Positions 45,301-53,703 of a stretch of DNA of 64,000 nucleotides are shown piece after piece. Origin of the DNA: an uncultured Clostridia bacterium (GTDB lineage: Bacteria > Bacillota > Clostridia > TANB77 > CAG-465); the NCBI GenBank assembly GCA_947628005.1, contig CANQYI010000001.1:193110-257109 (forward strand), read 5' to 3'. The notes under the pieces were generated by a model. It saw only the letters and a list, made by a program, of their open reading frames with translations. It made no database searches and had not been told where the DNA came from. Every line of letters begins with the position of its first letter. Positions within the stretch are counted from its first letter, which is position 1. The translations under genes were made by a program, and so were the position numbers.

Positions 45301-45841
45301 CTAAATATACATCATTTTTAGTTTCATCTTCATCTGTTATTATTATTTTAGGAGTAATGAAAGTTATATTTCTACCTTTTCCAATAATAGATATGCTCTT
45401 ATTAATAATTATATCGCTACCACCGTAGTTTCCTTTTTCTAGTATAAGTTTACTTCCTGGCTGAGCATTTAATATTGCTTGATTCAAAGTATTTACTCCT
45501 GGTTTAACTGTTATTTCCTGAGGTAGGCTTTGAATTTCTGCTATAGGTAAAACTTCTTGTTCTAAATTATTGATATTTAAAACTTTATCTTGCTCAATAA
45601 TAATGTTATTATTATTTTCTGATAAAGTTTCACTTTCTACATTATTTTCACTAATTTCATCAGTTTCATCAATTTCAACAGTTTCATCAGTTTCTTTTAT
45701 AACATCTTCATTTTGTTCTACTTTCTCTAAATTGTCTTCCTTCACTTCAATTATTTGTTCTGTTGCAAGGCATATATCAGGTGTTAAAAACGAAATAATC
45801 ATCAAGACAGCAAAGAATACTTTAGTTAATTTTTGTAACTT
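42329..45841 (-). CDS. large cell-wall-anchored surface protein: signal peptide, beta-helix-like N-terminal domain, about 9 tandem ~70-aa repeats, NPNTG sorting signal
   Basis: Start taken at MKLQKLTKVFFAVLMIISFL. Repeats carry the motif (T/I)P(K/I)Y(N/T)V.V.V…E.G.(T/S)L. C-terminus NPNTGD followed by a hydrophobic TM and KKKNI, a cell-wall sorting signal layout. Confidence 0.7.
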   Translation of the reverse strand, partial: KLQKLTKVFFAVLMIISFLTPDICLATEQIIEVKEDNLEKVEQNEDVIKETDETVEIDETDEISENNVESETLSENNNNIIIEQDKVLNINNLEQEVLPIAEIQSLPQEITVKPGVNTLNQAILNAQPGSKLILEKGNYGGSDIIINKSISIIGKGRNITFITPKIIITDEDETKNDVYLEGFSSDNQQPKDGHIFYDIQKPVNLTFNNVEIFHIGRTLSQTHETTSLNIQKGADGTVVNAKNTTFCSLYDGINVESSNNKLTFDNSKILCTMAIRLANGSNNELNLCNGTTIEGRSSYFFEDEAISIIRQNNLKLTIDNCTIEGNDSKGEEPTYLISFDGESVSNNTNIRITGNTTIDDYFGGTGSSIFNFGANNREDNNNLIYLESSVKVNPNTIESKYNVNSNYAVIGIFDKDGNCTIKVYDKGGLVDGIEELPETQDDDYSWFEKIAGDTLEFDTKETVTQNMDLYPVSKEKVNLYVNDTCYEVIKGISFSDALSKDPSLKEVIDNIRKNDRFIRFVDQNGSDVKDDTIIIEETTIIPKYTVKVKVTYNESSEEFELENGSFLADLSESLAKYEKVTNKTFAKFVNVNNEDENITKNTVVNEDIEITPIYNVSVKVGKETFELEEGKTLNDLSSSQKEKLESEVSVDKKVFRNEFENSENEIVDYSTKIFENTELTPKYNVVVTVVKLDKTEKKFTLKEGQTLRSLGADVINQIEEFITESVNFEHFINDNGKIVDYDEPINESTQFIPIYNQTITVTINGTNKTENYILNEGENLNSLDESTQNEIKDLVKKDNKDLAYFIDSEGNKVDFTTSIAKRTTLTPVYKITVTVKPQYDSQVELEMLEGSSLSALEETLRQQFEEKTNKDFKGYYDLDGNLIDVASTFSEHVTIIPKYDIHVKVQKDDGTYEDIKVEEGSTLKGMANKLEQFESGVKNKQFDRYVDEENQDISEEKVLTENIVIIPKYNINVTIKKLDETTVSFDVPEDFVLHRLTEDQMDTLNSFVSAENKVFAEKFVDELGNEVDFYTILNENIILTPKYNVVITVVTEDGEQTLTVEEGKTLNDLSSEEKEKLEEIKNKFKGEKEFSDFEIVDTDEKLTLETQIFENLTVKPVYKEISNAEDNKVDEDQNIQNPNTGDNILNYIIIMIVCIIAMAASMIIYKKKNI

Positions 45842-46023
45842 CATAAAAATCCTCCTTAAACTTGTAATAATTATACCATCCATTTAGAAATATTTCAATC
45901 AAATTTCGACATTTTTATCATTACATAGCAGGTAATTTTTGCCTAAATATTCAAATATTGCCTTTTTTTAATTTTTATGCTATATTTTAACAAAACGTAC
46001 TAAAAATTTTTGGAGGATTTTTT

Positions 46024-47640
46024 ATGTTAGAAAAAATTAAAAAAAATAAGATTATAATTATATCTTTTTTAATAATATATTTGGGTGTGTTTATCATATG
46101 TAAATATAATATGTTTGCACAAGATGAATATAATTATAGCCATATTGCTTGGACTAACCAAAAATTAAGTTCATTTAGTGATATTATAAAATCCCAAGCT
46201 GAAATATATAAAAATTGGAGTGGTAGAATACCTGTACTTGGCATGGTTCAAGTATTTTTATATATTGGAAAAACTTTTTATGATTTTATAAATCCATTAG
46301 TATTTATACTATTCATTGTACTAGTTATTAAAGCAGCAAATGTAAAAATAGATATTAAAAATGTATTTTTTGTATTATTATTTTCAGTCTTTGGGGCATA
46401 CAAATTTTGGGAAAAATATATTTGGATATCAGGAAGTTTAAATTATCTTTGGCCTGTTACTCTTATGTTATTTGTAATATATTATTTTTACAATATTATA
46501 ATTAATGACAAAAAGTTAAATGCTTTCTCTACAATTACTTTATTTGTAATATCTTTTTTTGCTGGATGGTCACATGAAAACGTAGCCTTTGTACTTGGTT
46601 CATTTATTATATTCATTTGTCTATTTAATATTAAAAAAATATTATCTTTAAACACTGGTACAAAAATAAAATTAACAACTTCAATTTTGTTATTTGGTAT
46701 TGGTGCTATATTACTGATATTTTGTCCTGGAAATTTTGGAAGAATGGGCAATACAGAAAGAAATATTACACTACTTCCTATTTTAAAAAATATCTTGGCA
46801 CTATATAAAATAATAATACTATATATAGCTACTATCATAATATTAACTAAATCTAAAAAAATAAAGCAAAATTATGACGTAAGTTCTATATTAAAAGAAC
46901 AAGTTAGATACTTTATTTTCCCTATATTAGTTGCTTTGTTACCTATGATAATTATTGCAGAATTTCCTGTAAGAGCTGCATTAGCATACGAAGTTATATT
47001 ATTTATATTAATACTTAAAAATTTAGATATAATATTTAAATCTATGCAAAATAAAAAAATAGAAAAATATATTTCTATAGTTGTAGTTTTTTTATCTATC
47101 TTCATGTTATACTCTAAATCATTATTTGCAATAACATGTTTAAAACCATATAAAGAAAAAATTGATGAGCAAATTATGCAAGAAAAATCGTCTGGAAAAA
47201 CTGATATACTAATATCTCAATTTGAGAATTTAAATTTAGCAAAATTATTAGGCGTGTACATGGACATTTTTCCAAAATCAACAGATTCATCAATTATTAA
47301 TTCATATATGTCTACTTATTATGGCGTAAATTCTATAACAGCTATAACAGACGGATATGCACAAATAGAAATAAGCCTAAAAAATGAAGCTGAAATTATA
47401 GATTATAATTTAGTAGATAAAACAACAGGTAATATTATCACTAGCAGAATAACTAAAGTAGAATTGCCTATGCCACAGACTAGTCTTAATAAAAGAATTA
47501 TTTTTAATGTACCTGTAGAAGATTTAAATAATGCATATGTAGATTTACCAGATAATGTAAAACAAGATATAATAGAAATAAAAATTAAAACATTAAATGA
47601 TATATCAGATTATAACGAATATGATTTAATTAAAAAGTAG
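46024..47640 (+). CDS. polytopic membrane protein (about 12 TM), possibly a GT-C-like glycosyltransferase (DUF6056-like)
   Basis: Early loop motif AQDEYNYSHIAW…NWSGRIP after the first TM, then many TM helices. Family assignment is from memory and unverified. Confidence 0.45.
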   Translation: MLEKIKKNKIIIISFLIIYLGVFIICKYNMFAQDEYNYSHIAWTNQKLSSFSDIIKSQAEIYKNWSGRIPVLGMVQVFLYIGKTFYDFINPLVFILFIVLVIKAANVKIDIKNVFFVLLFSVFGAYKFWEKYIWISGSLNYLWPVTLMLFVIYYFYNIIINDKKLNAFSTITLFVISFFAGWSHENVAFVLGSFIIFICLFNIKKILSLNTGTKIKLTTSILLFGIGAILLIFCPGNFGRMGNTERNITLLPILKNILALYKIIILYIATIIILTKSKKIKQNYDVSSILKEQVRYFIFPILVALLPMIIIAEFPVRAALAYEVILFILILKNLDIIFKSMQNKKIEKYISIVVVFLSIFMLYSKSLFAITCLKPYKEKIDEQIMQEKSSGKTDILISQFENLNLAKLLGVYMDIFPKSTDSSIINSYMSTYYGVNSITAITDGYAQIEISLKNEAEIIDYNLVDKTTGNIITSRITKVELPMPQTSLNKRIIFNVPVEDLNNAYVDLPDNVKQDIIEIKIKTLNDISDYNEYDLIKK

Positions 47641-47667
47641 CAAAAAAGCTAGGGCAACCTAGCTTTT

Positions 47668-48453
47668 TTATCTTGTATTTTTTATTATTTGTTCCTTTTC
47701 ATTAATTAAGGTATTACAATTTTCATAATCTTCGCCGATTAAAAATTTATTATAATCAATTATTTTTAAATATTTGTACTTTGGCTCAATTATTTCTTTT
47801 TTTAAGTTTAAGTCGTATACTCCATATAAGCCATTATTTTGTACTTTAGCTTGATAAATATAATCTGGATATATATCACAATATTTCGTTTTAATCATTA
47901 ATTGTAAATCGGGAGATGCCTGTATATATTCGTATTTAAAGGGAACAATAACGTTATTATCTTTATCTAAAACTCCATTTTTTTCTTTTTTGCTATCAAA
48001 TACTCTAAAATATGTTCCCGTGTTATCCATTTCTTCCATAAACAAATATTTAATAGGTATTATTACCTTTCCCTTTTTATTTATTAGTCCATGCTTTAAA
48101 GTTATTATTATTTCTTTATCTCCTATTTTTCTAGATTCATATGGCAACATCACTTGATAATTATCACCACACTCCATAAATGGGTAAATATATTGTGGTT
48201 CTACTATAATATTACCGTCTTTATCTACCAGTCCCCAGTTCCCTTCTAGTCCATATACTCCATCTATTGCTGTATGTGCGCCCCAATAATCAACTTCACT
48301 TACTTCATCTTGATTCTTAGTACTTACGGCATAATTACCATCACTTAATTCATAAACTTGTTTATATTTCTTTTTTAATTCTTCTACAACCATAATTATT
48401 CCTCCTACATAAATATAACATATAAATATAAAAAGGAAAAATCCTGTGGTCAC
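47668..48453 (-). CDS. WG-repeat (KWG) containing protein
   Basis: Repeated …G(L/N)WG(L/V)(V/I)DKDGN…EP.Y… units typical of WG-containing repeats. Confidence 0.5.
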   Translation of the reverse strand: MTTGFFLFIFICYIYVGGIIMVVEELKKKYKQVYELSDGNYAVSTKNQDEVSEVDYWGAHTAIDGVYGLEGNWGLVDKDGNIIVEPQYIYPFMECGDNYQVMLPYESRKIGDKEIIITLKHGLINKKGKVIIPIKYLFMEEMDNTGTYFRVFDSKKEKNGVLDKDNNVIVPFKYEYIQASPDLQLMIKTKYCDIYPDYIYQAKVQNNGLYGVYDLNLKKEIIEPKYKYLKIIDYNKFLIGEDYENCNTLINEKEQIIKNTR

Positions 48454-48515
48454 AAGATGTATATAAACTGTTAAAACTTATCAAAAATTGGTAATATAAC
48501 CTCCTTAATTTTTAT

Positions 48516-48923
48516 TTAAGCATGTATCATTTCGCTGTAAATTTTATGAATATTAATTTCATCTTTATATTTATTTTCCATAGGGCACATACCAGTTTTA
48601 GTTTGATTTATAATATATTCAACTCTATCTTTATATTCATATTTTATATGGTTTTTCTCTAAAACAGGAATTGCATACTCACTTATAACATCTGCATAAA
48701 TTTCTTTGACTCCTGCAACTGTTAAAATACTTCCTGCTACTTTTCCAATTACTTTATCAGCTATAACTGCCCCTTTTAGTGTGCTTTCATTTTCTTTTAA
48801 AATATCTTTTATATCTTTTATTCTATCTTGATAATATTCTTTTATTTCTCCATTTTCATAAGCTACAACTAATGAAGCATTTTTTTGATGTAAAATTTCT
48901 TTTACTTCTTCTAATTTAGTCAT
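48516..48923 (-). CDS. small conserved protein, DUF1893 (TM1506)-like
   Basis: 135 aa with a KTGMCPME motif near the C-terminal third. Family recalled from memory, unverified. 8-nt overlap with the upstream gene. Confidence 0.4.
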   Translation of the reverse strand: MTKLEEVKEILHQKNASLVVAYENGEIKEYYQDRIKDIKDILKENESTLKGAVIADKVIGKVAGSILTVAGVKEIYADVISEYAIPVLEKNHIKYEYKDRVEYIINQTKTGMCPMENKYKDEINIHKIYSEMIHA

Positions 48924-49497
48924 CTAAATTAATTCCTTTCTTTACTATTTTAGCTATAAATGGTACACAAATTAATTGAATTGCAATACCTGGTAATCCA
49001 GTAACAATACTATCTATTACTGATATTCCATAAGTAGGTAATCCCAATCCATTAATTGCAACAAATAATACTCCTGCATATAGCACTCTACCTAAAATAA
49101 TTGTTGCTATTAGTGATATATAAGAATTAAATTTTTTATTGAAAACACTTAATAAAATTGCATAAATTACAAGTTCTATTAACATATATGGAAGTCTTTC
49201 AAATGTTGGCATTCCAGTTAATAAATAACTAAATATGATTGAACTTCCTGCTACTATACTTGCACTTACTCCTCCAAAGATTAATGCTGCAATTAAAACT
49301 GCAATGTGCATTGGTAAAAATGTAGCCCCTGCACTTGCTCCTGCTAAAACATGAACTATTCTAGGTAAAGTTATACCTATTGCACTTAAAATACAAGTTC
49401 CTGCAATATATTTTACTTTTGTACTTGTTAAAGCCTCTAATAAATGATTTTGTTTTTTTATACTTCCTACATTTTCTATCATTTTAATACCCTCCAC
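48916..49497 (-). CDS. small polytopic membrane protein, ECF-transporter S-component-like (ThiW-like?)
   Basis: About 190 aa with 5-6 TM. Motif …FLPMHIAVLIAALIFGG… loosely resembles the ThiW P(I/M)QH(F/I) region. Substrate unknown. Confidence 0.45.
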   Translation of the reverse strand: MEGIKMIENVGSIKKQNHLLEALTSTKVKYIAGTCILSAIGITLPRIVHVLAGASAGATFLPMHIAVLIAALIFGGVSASIVAGSSIIFSYLLTGMPTFERLPYMLIELVIYAILLSVFNKKFNSYISLIATIILGRVLYAGVLFVAINGLGLPTYGISVIDSIVTGLPGIAIQLICVPFIAKIVKKGINLDD

Positions 49498-49512
49498 TAT
49501 AAATTTAAGTTT

Positions 49513-50403
49513 TTAATCAATATTTATTAATTCATATTTTGTTGTTCCAAGTCCAATTTCTTCTGCATAAGGTAATATGTGTCTTCCAAGTTGTCTATCT
49601 ATTCTTTCTTTCAAGAGATGAGCACCTTTATCTTTTGAAGCCCATATCATATCAATAAATGCTTGGTCATTTGCTACTGGATCTAAAGATGCTACTATCC
49701 CTAAATCTTCCATAACAGGATCTTTTTGGTGTGCATCACAATCGCAATCAACTGATAAGAAATTCATTACTGTTATATAAACTATTTTTTTATTATTTGC
49801 ATCAAAATAATCTGCAACTGATTTTGCTGATTCTGCCATTGCCTCAATAAAAGATTCTTGTTTTGGAAGTTTTGCCCATAATTCATCTGGATTTTCTGTT
49901 GCTCCGGCTGTATGAATATATGCTTTTCCATTTCTTGATGCAACACCTATTGATTGATTTTTTAAATTTGCACCAAATCCACCCATAGCATGACCTTTAC
50001 CGTGTGCCAAATTTATCATTGCATCATATCTGTCTAAATGTGTTCCAACTAAATTATACTTTAAATGTTTGCCATTGTTTACTGGTATTTTCATCTCTCC
50101 ATCGGCATCCATAATATCTACATCAGCATAAGATGTAAAGCCATGTTTTTCTGCTACTTTAATGTGACCTTCTGCAGTATTTCTTGCTCCATCATAAGCT
50201 GTATTACATTCAATAATTGTTCCATTTAATTTTTTTACCAATGGTCCAATTAAATCTGCTTTTAAATATCCTCTTGCCCCATCTTCTCCAGTTGACACCT
50301 TTACTCCTATTTTTCCTTCTAAGCTAACTCCAAGAGCTTCATATATTTTAATTAAATTTTCAGGTGTTATTTCTTTTACATAATAAACTTTTGCTTTTTC
50401 CAT
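49513..50403 (-). CDS. DUF362-like protein
   Basis: 296 aa. The N-terminal region (MEKAKVYYVKEITPENLIKIYEALGV…) is consistent with DUF362-family proteins, recalled from memory. First gene of a tight three-gene operon. Confidence 0.45.
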   Translation of the reverse strand: MEKAKVYYVKEITPENLIKIYEALGVSLEGKIGVKVSTGEDGARGYLKADLIGPLVKKLNGTIIECNTAYDGARNTAEGHIKVAEKHGFTSYADVDIMDADGEMKIPVNNGKHLKYNLVGTHLDRYDAMINLAHGKGHAMGGFGANLKNQSIGVASRNGKAYIHTAGATENPDELWAKLPKQESFIEAMAESAKSVADYFDANNKKIVYITVMNFLSVDCDCDAHQKDPVMEDLGIVASLDPVANDQAFIDMIWASKDKGAHLLKERIDRQLGRHILPYAEEIGLGTTKYELINID

Positions 50404-50618
50404 AATATTTTTTCTCCTTTCATTATTATTTTAATATATTTATTATATTTTTATTATAGATTTTTTCTTTTACATATTAAGTGATCCATCTGTACCATAA
50501 AAATCTTATCTTCTCAGAAATAAGCGAGTATAAATTAATATTTGCCTTTACCATAAATAAAAAATTGTGATATTTTTACTATTAGAATTTTTATTAATTT
50601 CTAAATCATTTTTTACTT

Positions 50619-51095
50619 TCATTTTAGTCCTCCAATCCAATTTTTTATAAATTCTTTTGATTCATTACCTGTAAATCTCTTTCCTCCTTTCCAATTATAA
50701 TTTGGATATTCATTTATTAAATCTCTTTCACATCCACTTATTCCAGTTCCACCTGATGTGCAGAAAGGAATTAGTGTTTTTCCAAATAAATCTAAACTTT
50801 CAATAAATGTATTTATAATTGTAGGAGCTGTGTACCACCATACAGGAAAACCAATTAAAATTGTATCATAATTATCTAAGTTATTCACAGTTTCCTCAAT
50901 CTCTGGTCTTGATGATTTATCTTTCATTTCTATACTTGATCTACTATTTTTATCATTCCAATTTAAGTCCTGTGATGTATAAGGCTCTTTTGCCTTAATT
51001 TCAAACAAATCTCCTTCAATACTATCTGCTATATTTTGTGCAACATTTTTTGTTACACCACTTGCAGAAAAATAAGTTACTAAAACTCTACTCAT
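50619..51095 (-). CDS. flavodoxin
   Basis: MSRVLVTYFSASGVTKNVAQ… FMN-binding T/S-x-T-G-x-T-type loop and a …FPVWWYTAP… region. Confidence 0.8.
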   Translation of the reverse strand: MSRVLVTYFSASGVTKNVAQNIADSIEGDLFEIKAKEPYTSQDLNWNDKNSRSSIEMKDKSSRPEIEETVNNLDNYDTILIGFPVWWYTAPTIINTFIESLDLFGKTLIPFCTSGGTGISGCERDLINEYPNYNWKGGKRFTGNESKEFIKNWIGGLK

Positions 51096-51161
51096 AAAAA
51101 CTCCTTCTTTCTTAAATACTTTTAATCAATTTTCAAAATTTAACTTCAACTTATGATTTAA

Positions 51162-51794
51162 CTATTTCTCAAATTTTATAGTCATATTTGTATCTGTAAG
51201 ATCTGGTAAATTTTCAATATGACCTATTTTTGTATAACTATACGAAGTATCAAATGATTTATAAAATACTACCAAGCAATTATTTCCATAAAGCATTATA
51301 TCTCCTTTTTCAATATGTTTTGGATTATAGGAATTTGTAGGTAATGTTTCATCTAAATAGACATACTTTTCATTACCATTTAATTCATTCATATTATATT
51401 CTTGAGGCAACATATTTATAAAGCTTTCAGCTGTTTTATTCTCTTCTAATACTGCATTATATGTTTTTTCATCTATAACTACATTTATATTAAAACTCAT
51501 ATTATTCTCACTTTCTATTTTATTTTCTTCTTTTTGTAAATCAATTGTTATTTGTTCTTCAACTGGTGGTGCATATTTTTCCCATCTAAATACTGTTTCT
51601 CTTTTCCCATCAGAAAAATTATAGGTGTAAACAAAAATTCCTTTATCTCTTTTATATACATTTTCACCATTATAATCTTCGGTAATTTTTATAAGTGGTC
51701 TATTATCAAAAAACTTAGATTGAGCTGTATCAAGTAATATAATAAATATCAAAACTATAAAAATTAATAAAAAAATTTTTACACTTTTTTTCAT
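51162..51794 (-). CDS. cyclophilin-like fold protein with N-terminal signal/TM and extra N-terminal domain
   Basis: The C-terminal ~115 aa (…LPQEYNMNELNGNEKYVYLDETLPT…GDIMLYGNNCLVVFYKSFDTSYSYTKIGHIENL) matches the cyclophilin-like family that commonly neighbours flavodoxins. Confidence 0.6.
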   Translation of the reverse strand: MKKSVKIFLLIFIVLIFIILLDTAQSKFFDNRPLIKITEDYNGENVYKRDKGIFVYTYNFSDGKRETVFRWEKYAPPVEEQITIDLQKEENKIESENNMSFNINVVIDEKTYNAVLEENKTAESFINMLPQEYNMNELNGNEKYVYLDETLPTNSYNPKHIEKGDIMLYGNNCLVVFYKSFDTSYSYTKIGHIENLPDLTDTNMTIKFEK

Positions 51795-51824
51795 AAATTG
51801 CCCCCTTAAACTTTAATATTTATT

Positions 51825-52481
51825 TTAACTAATTCTATAATGTCCAATGATATCTTCTTTATTATATAATTCTAGTACATCTTCTTCATAATTTAATTGC
51901 ATTAAATTTGCATGATGTATTAAAAACGGAATTCCATTCTTATTTCTTTTGTCAGATATTATTCCTATATGATTTTTAAAAACAATTATATCTCCACCTT
52001 GCCATTCTTCAATTTTAGATAAATCAGTAGTTAGCGAAATACTATTATTTTTAAAGTATATATCTAAATTTCTCACTCTTCTAAAATCTATATTTTTATC
52101 TATTTTTTCAATATTATATATTTCTTTATTACTTATAATATCTTCATTTACTAGTTCCATCAAATCATATCCTGCACCTTTTAATCCATTTGCAACAACA
52201 TCCGTGCATACACCATATTCGTCATCCGGATAACCAGATTCATAATACTTACTTTTATATTTTGGTCTTGTTTTTATATATTTTCTAACATTATTTAATA
52301 TATCAGTTTGATCATCTACTCCATCACCATCTTTATCAACATGGCTAACATATACTTCAATATTAAAATCACTATTACTATATTTTTTATGTGGAATTAT
52401 ATTAAATATATATGTCATAATTACTATAATAAAAATTAACAATAATATTATTATAATTTTTATTGATTTTTTCAATTTCAA
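51825..52481 (-). CDS. DUF1287 domain protein (TTG start)
   Basis: …GYPDDEYGVCTDVVANGLKGAGYDL…WQGGDIIVFKNHIGIISDKRN…LIHHA is typical of DUF1287. TTG start with an AAAGGGGA RBS. Lies downstream of repeat-module copy 1. Confidence 0.6.
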   Translation of the reverse strand: MKLKKSIKIIIILLLIFIIVIMTYIFNIIPHKKYSNSDFNIEVYVSHVDKDGDGVDDQTDILNNVRKYIKTRPKYKSKYYESGYPDDEYGVCTDVVANGLKGAGYDLMELVNEDIISNKEIYNIEKIDKNIDFRRVRNLDIYFKNNSISLTTDLSKIEEWQGGDIIVFKNHIGIISDKRNKNGIPFLIHHANLMQLNYEEDVLELYNKEDIIGHYRIS

Positions 52482-52511
52482 ATCCCCTTTGTAACAAGTT
52501 GTTTTTTCAAT

Positions 52512-52574
52512 TAAAGTATATCAAAAAAGCAAGTGATTGTAAATACATTCACTTACTTGTGTAAATTGTAATTT
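52512..52574 (-). promoter_or_regulatory. conserved promoter/operator module, copy 1 (minus-strand TTTACA-17-TATACT with an AAGTGA-N12-TCACTT palindrome over the -35)
   Basis: Near-identical ~60-bp sequence present six times in 52.5-63.2 kb. Reads as a sigma-A-like promoter toward the DUF1287 gene. Confidence 0.6.
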
Positions 52575-53076
52575 ATCTTTTAACTTTTTTAATAAATAGG
52601 AAGTAAACGATTATAGGTATTATTATTAAATCTGGTATAGTAAATGTTCTAACTAGTATATAATTTCCAATAATTGTTACTAAAATAAGTCCTATTGATA
52701 TAAATTTGGCAAATAATCCTTCTTCTTTTGTTTTCCAAGTAAAATAAGCAAATAAAGGCGATAAACAAGAAAATATTGTCCAACCTTTGATAAAATTCCA
52801 GCTATATACTGCATTTGTTAATTCTGCTGTTACATAGTATGAAATTAGCATTCCTATACAAAATGGAAATATATTTATCATTGCTTTTTTCCTTGTATCA
52901 CTATATATCGAAATCAATATTCCTAATAGTACCCATATTGGTAAATCTGAAAACATATATCCAAGTGTCATCATAAATAAATTGCCAACAAAAAGTATAT
53001 CCAATAATTTGCTTATTATTCCTAAAATAGCACCTATAAAAAATAATGAAATAGGATTTAATATATATTTCTTCAT
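52573..53076 (-). CDS. hypothetical polytopic membrane protein (167 aa)
   Basis: 4-5 TM helices. Downstream of repeat-module copy 2. Confidence 0.45.
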   Translation of the reverse strand: MKKYILNPISLFFIGAILGIISKLLDILFVGNLFMMTLGYMFSDLPIWVLLGILISIYSDTRKKAMINIFPFCIGMLISYYVTAELTNAVYSWNFIKGWTIFSCLSPLFAYFTWKTKEEGLFAKFISIGLILVTIIGNYILVRTFTIPDLIIIPIIVYFLFIKKVKR

Positions 53077-53110
53077 AAATTATCTCACTTTCAAATTACT
53101 ATTTTCTAAC

Positions 53111-53146
53111 TAAAGTATATCAAAAAAAACAAGTGATTGTAAATAG
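53111..53146 (-). promoter_or_regulatory. conserved promoter/operator module, copy 2 (truncated; -10 and -35 retained, distal half-site lost at the ISL3-remnant junction)
   Basis: Matches copies 1, 3, 4, 5 and 6 up to GTGATTGTAAATA, then diverges. Confidence 0.5.
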
Positions 53147-53158
53147 GTTATATAATAA

Positions 53159-53584
53159 ATGTTGGAGTGTAAAATAAATTTTTACACTTCAACATTATTT
53201 TTTAGCAAAAAAATTCAACATACTTCTATCGGTCATATTTCTTCCTTTTTGATTCTTAAAAAACGTAGATATGTTTGCACACATTGTGGCAAAAGATTTT
53301 TTGAAAAATATGATTTCTTACAAAAATATTTTAGAAAATCTAATGCTGTCTTTAACAATGTTTGTGATGATCTAAAATCTTTGAAAAATTTTAAAACTAT
53401 TGCTAAAGATAATAATGTTTCTACTCCTACCGTTGTGAGATATATGCATTACAATTATTATTTTTCTAACAAACATAATTTTGCCTTACCTGAAAAATTG
53501 GTATTGATGAATTTAAAGGTAACTTATGCTGTTTTATTGAATAGAAAAGAGAAAAAGAAATATAATATAGTAAATGGTTATTGA
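53159..53584 (+). pseudogene. ISL3-family transposase N-terminal remnant (zinc-ribbon + HTH only)
   Basis: …KKRRYVCTHCGKRFFEKYDFLQ… (zf-ISL3-like) followed by an HTH-like …NNVSTPTVVRYMHY…. The DDE catalytic domain is absent. Confidence 0.5.
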
Positions 53585-53625
53585 AAATTTTTGTCATAAA
53601 CGGCAAAAATTTTCAGTTTCCAGTT

Positions 53626-53655
53626 GACTATTTATATTAAAAACGCTATAATTTA
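53626..53655 (+). promoter_or_regulatory. sigma-A promoter (TTGACT-17-TATAAT) flanked by direct repeats TAAACGGCAA(A/T)n
   Basis: Seen directly. Repeats at about 53596-53613 and 53674-53692. A GGAGG RBS precedes the ATG at 53704. Confidence 0.55.
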
Positions 53656-53703
53656 ATTGAAAAAAATTGACGTAAACGGCAATTTTTTTCAATGGAGGTA
53701 ATT

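Noticed and set aside
50404-50618. TPP riboswitch in the DUF362 operon leader
   Set aside because: A CUGAGA hexamer is present in a hairpin loop, but the other conserved TPP-aptamer elements (ACCUGAUC…GGUUAAUACC, GGGG/CCCC helix) are absent. Left as an unclassified candidate leader.
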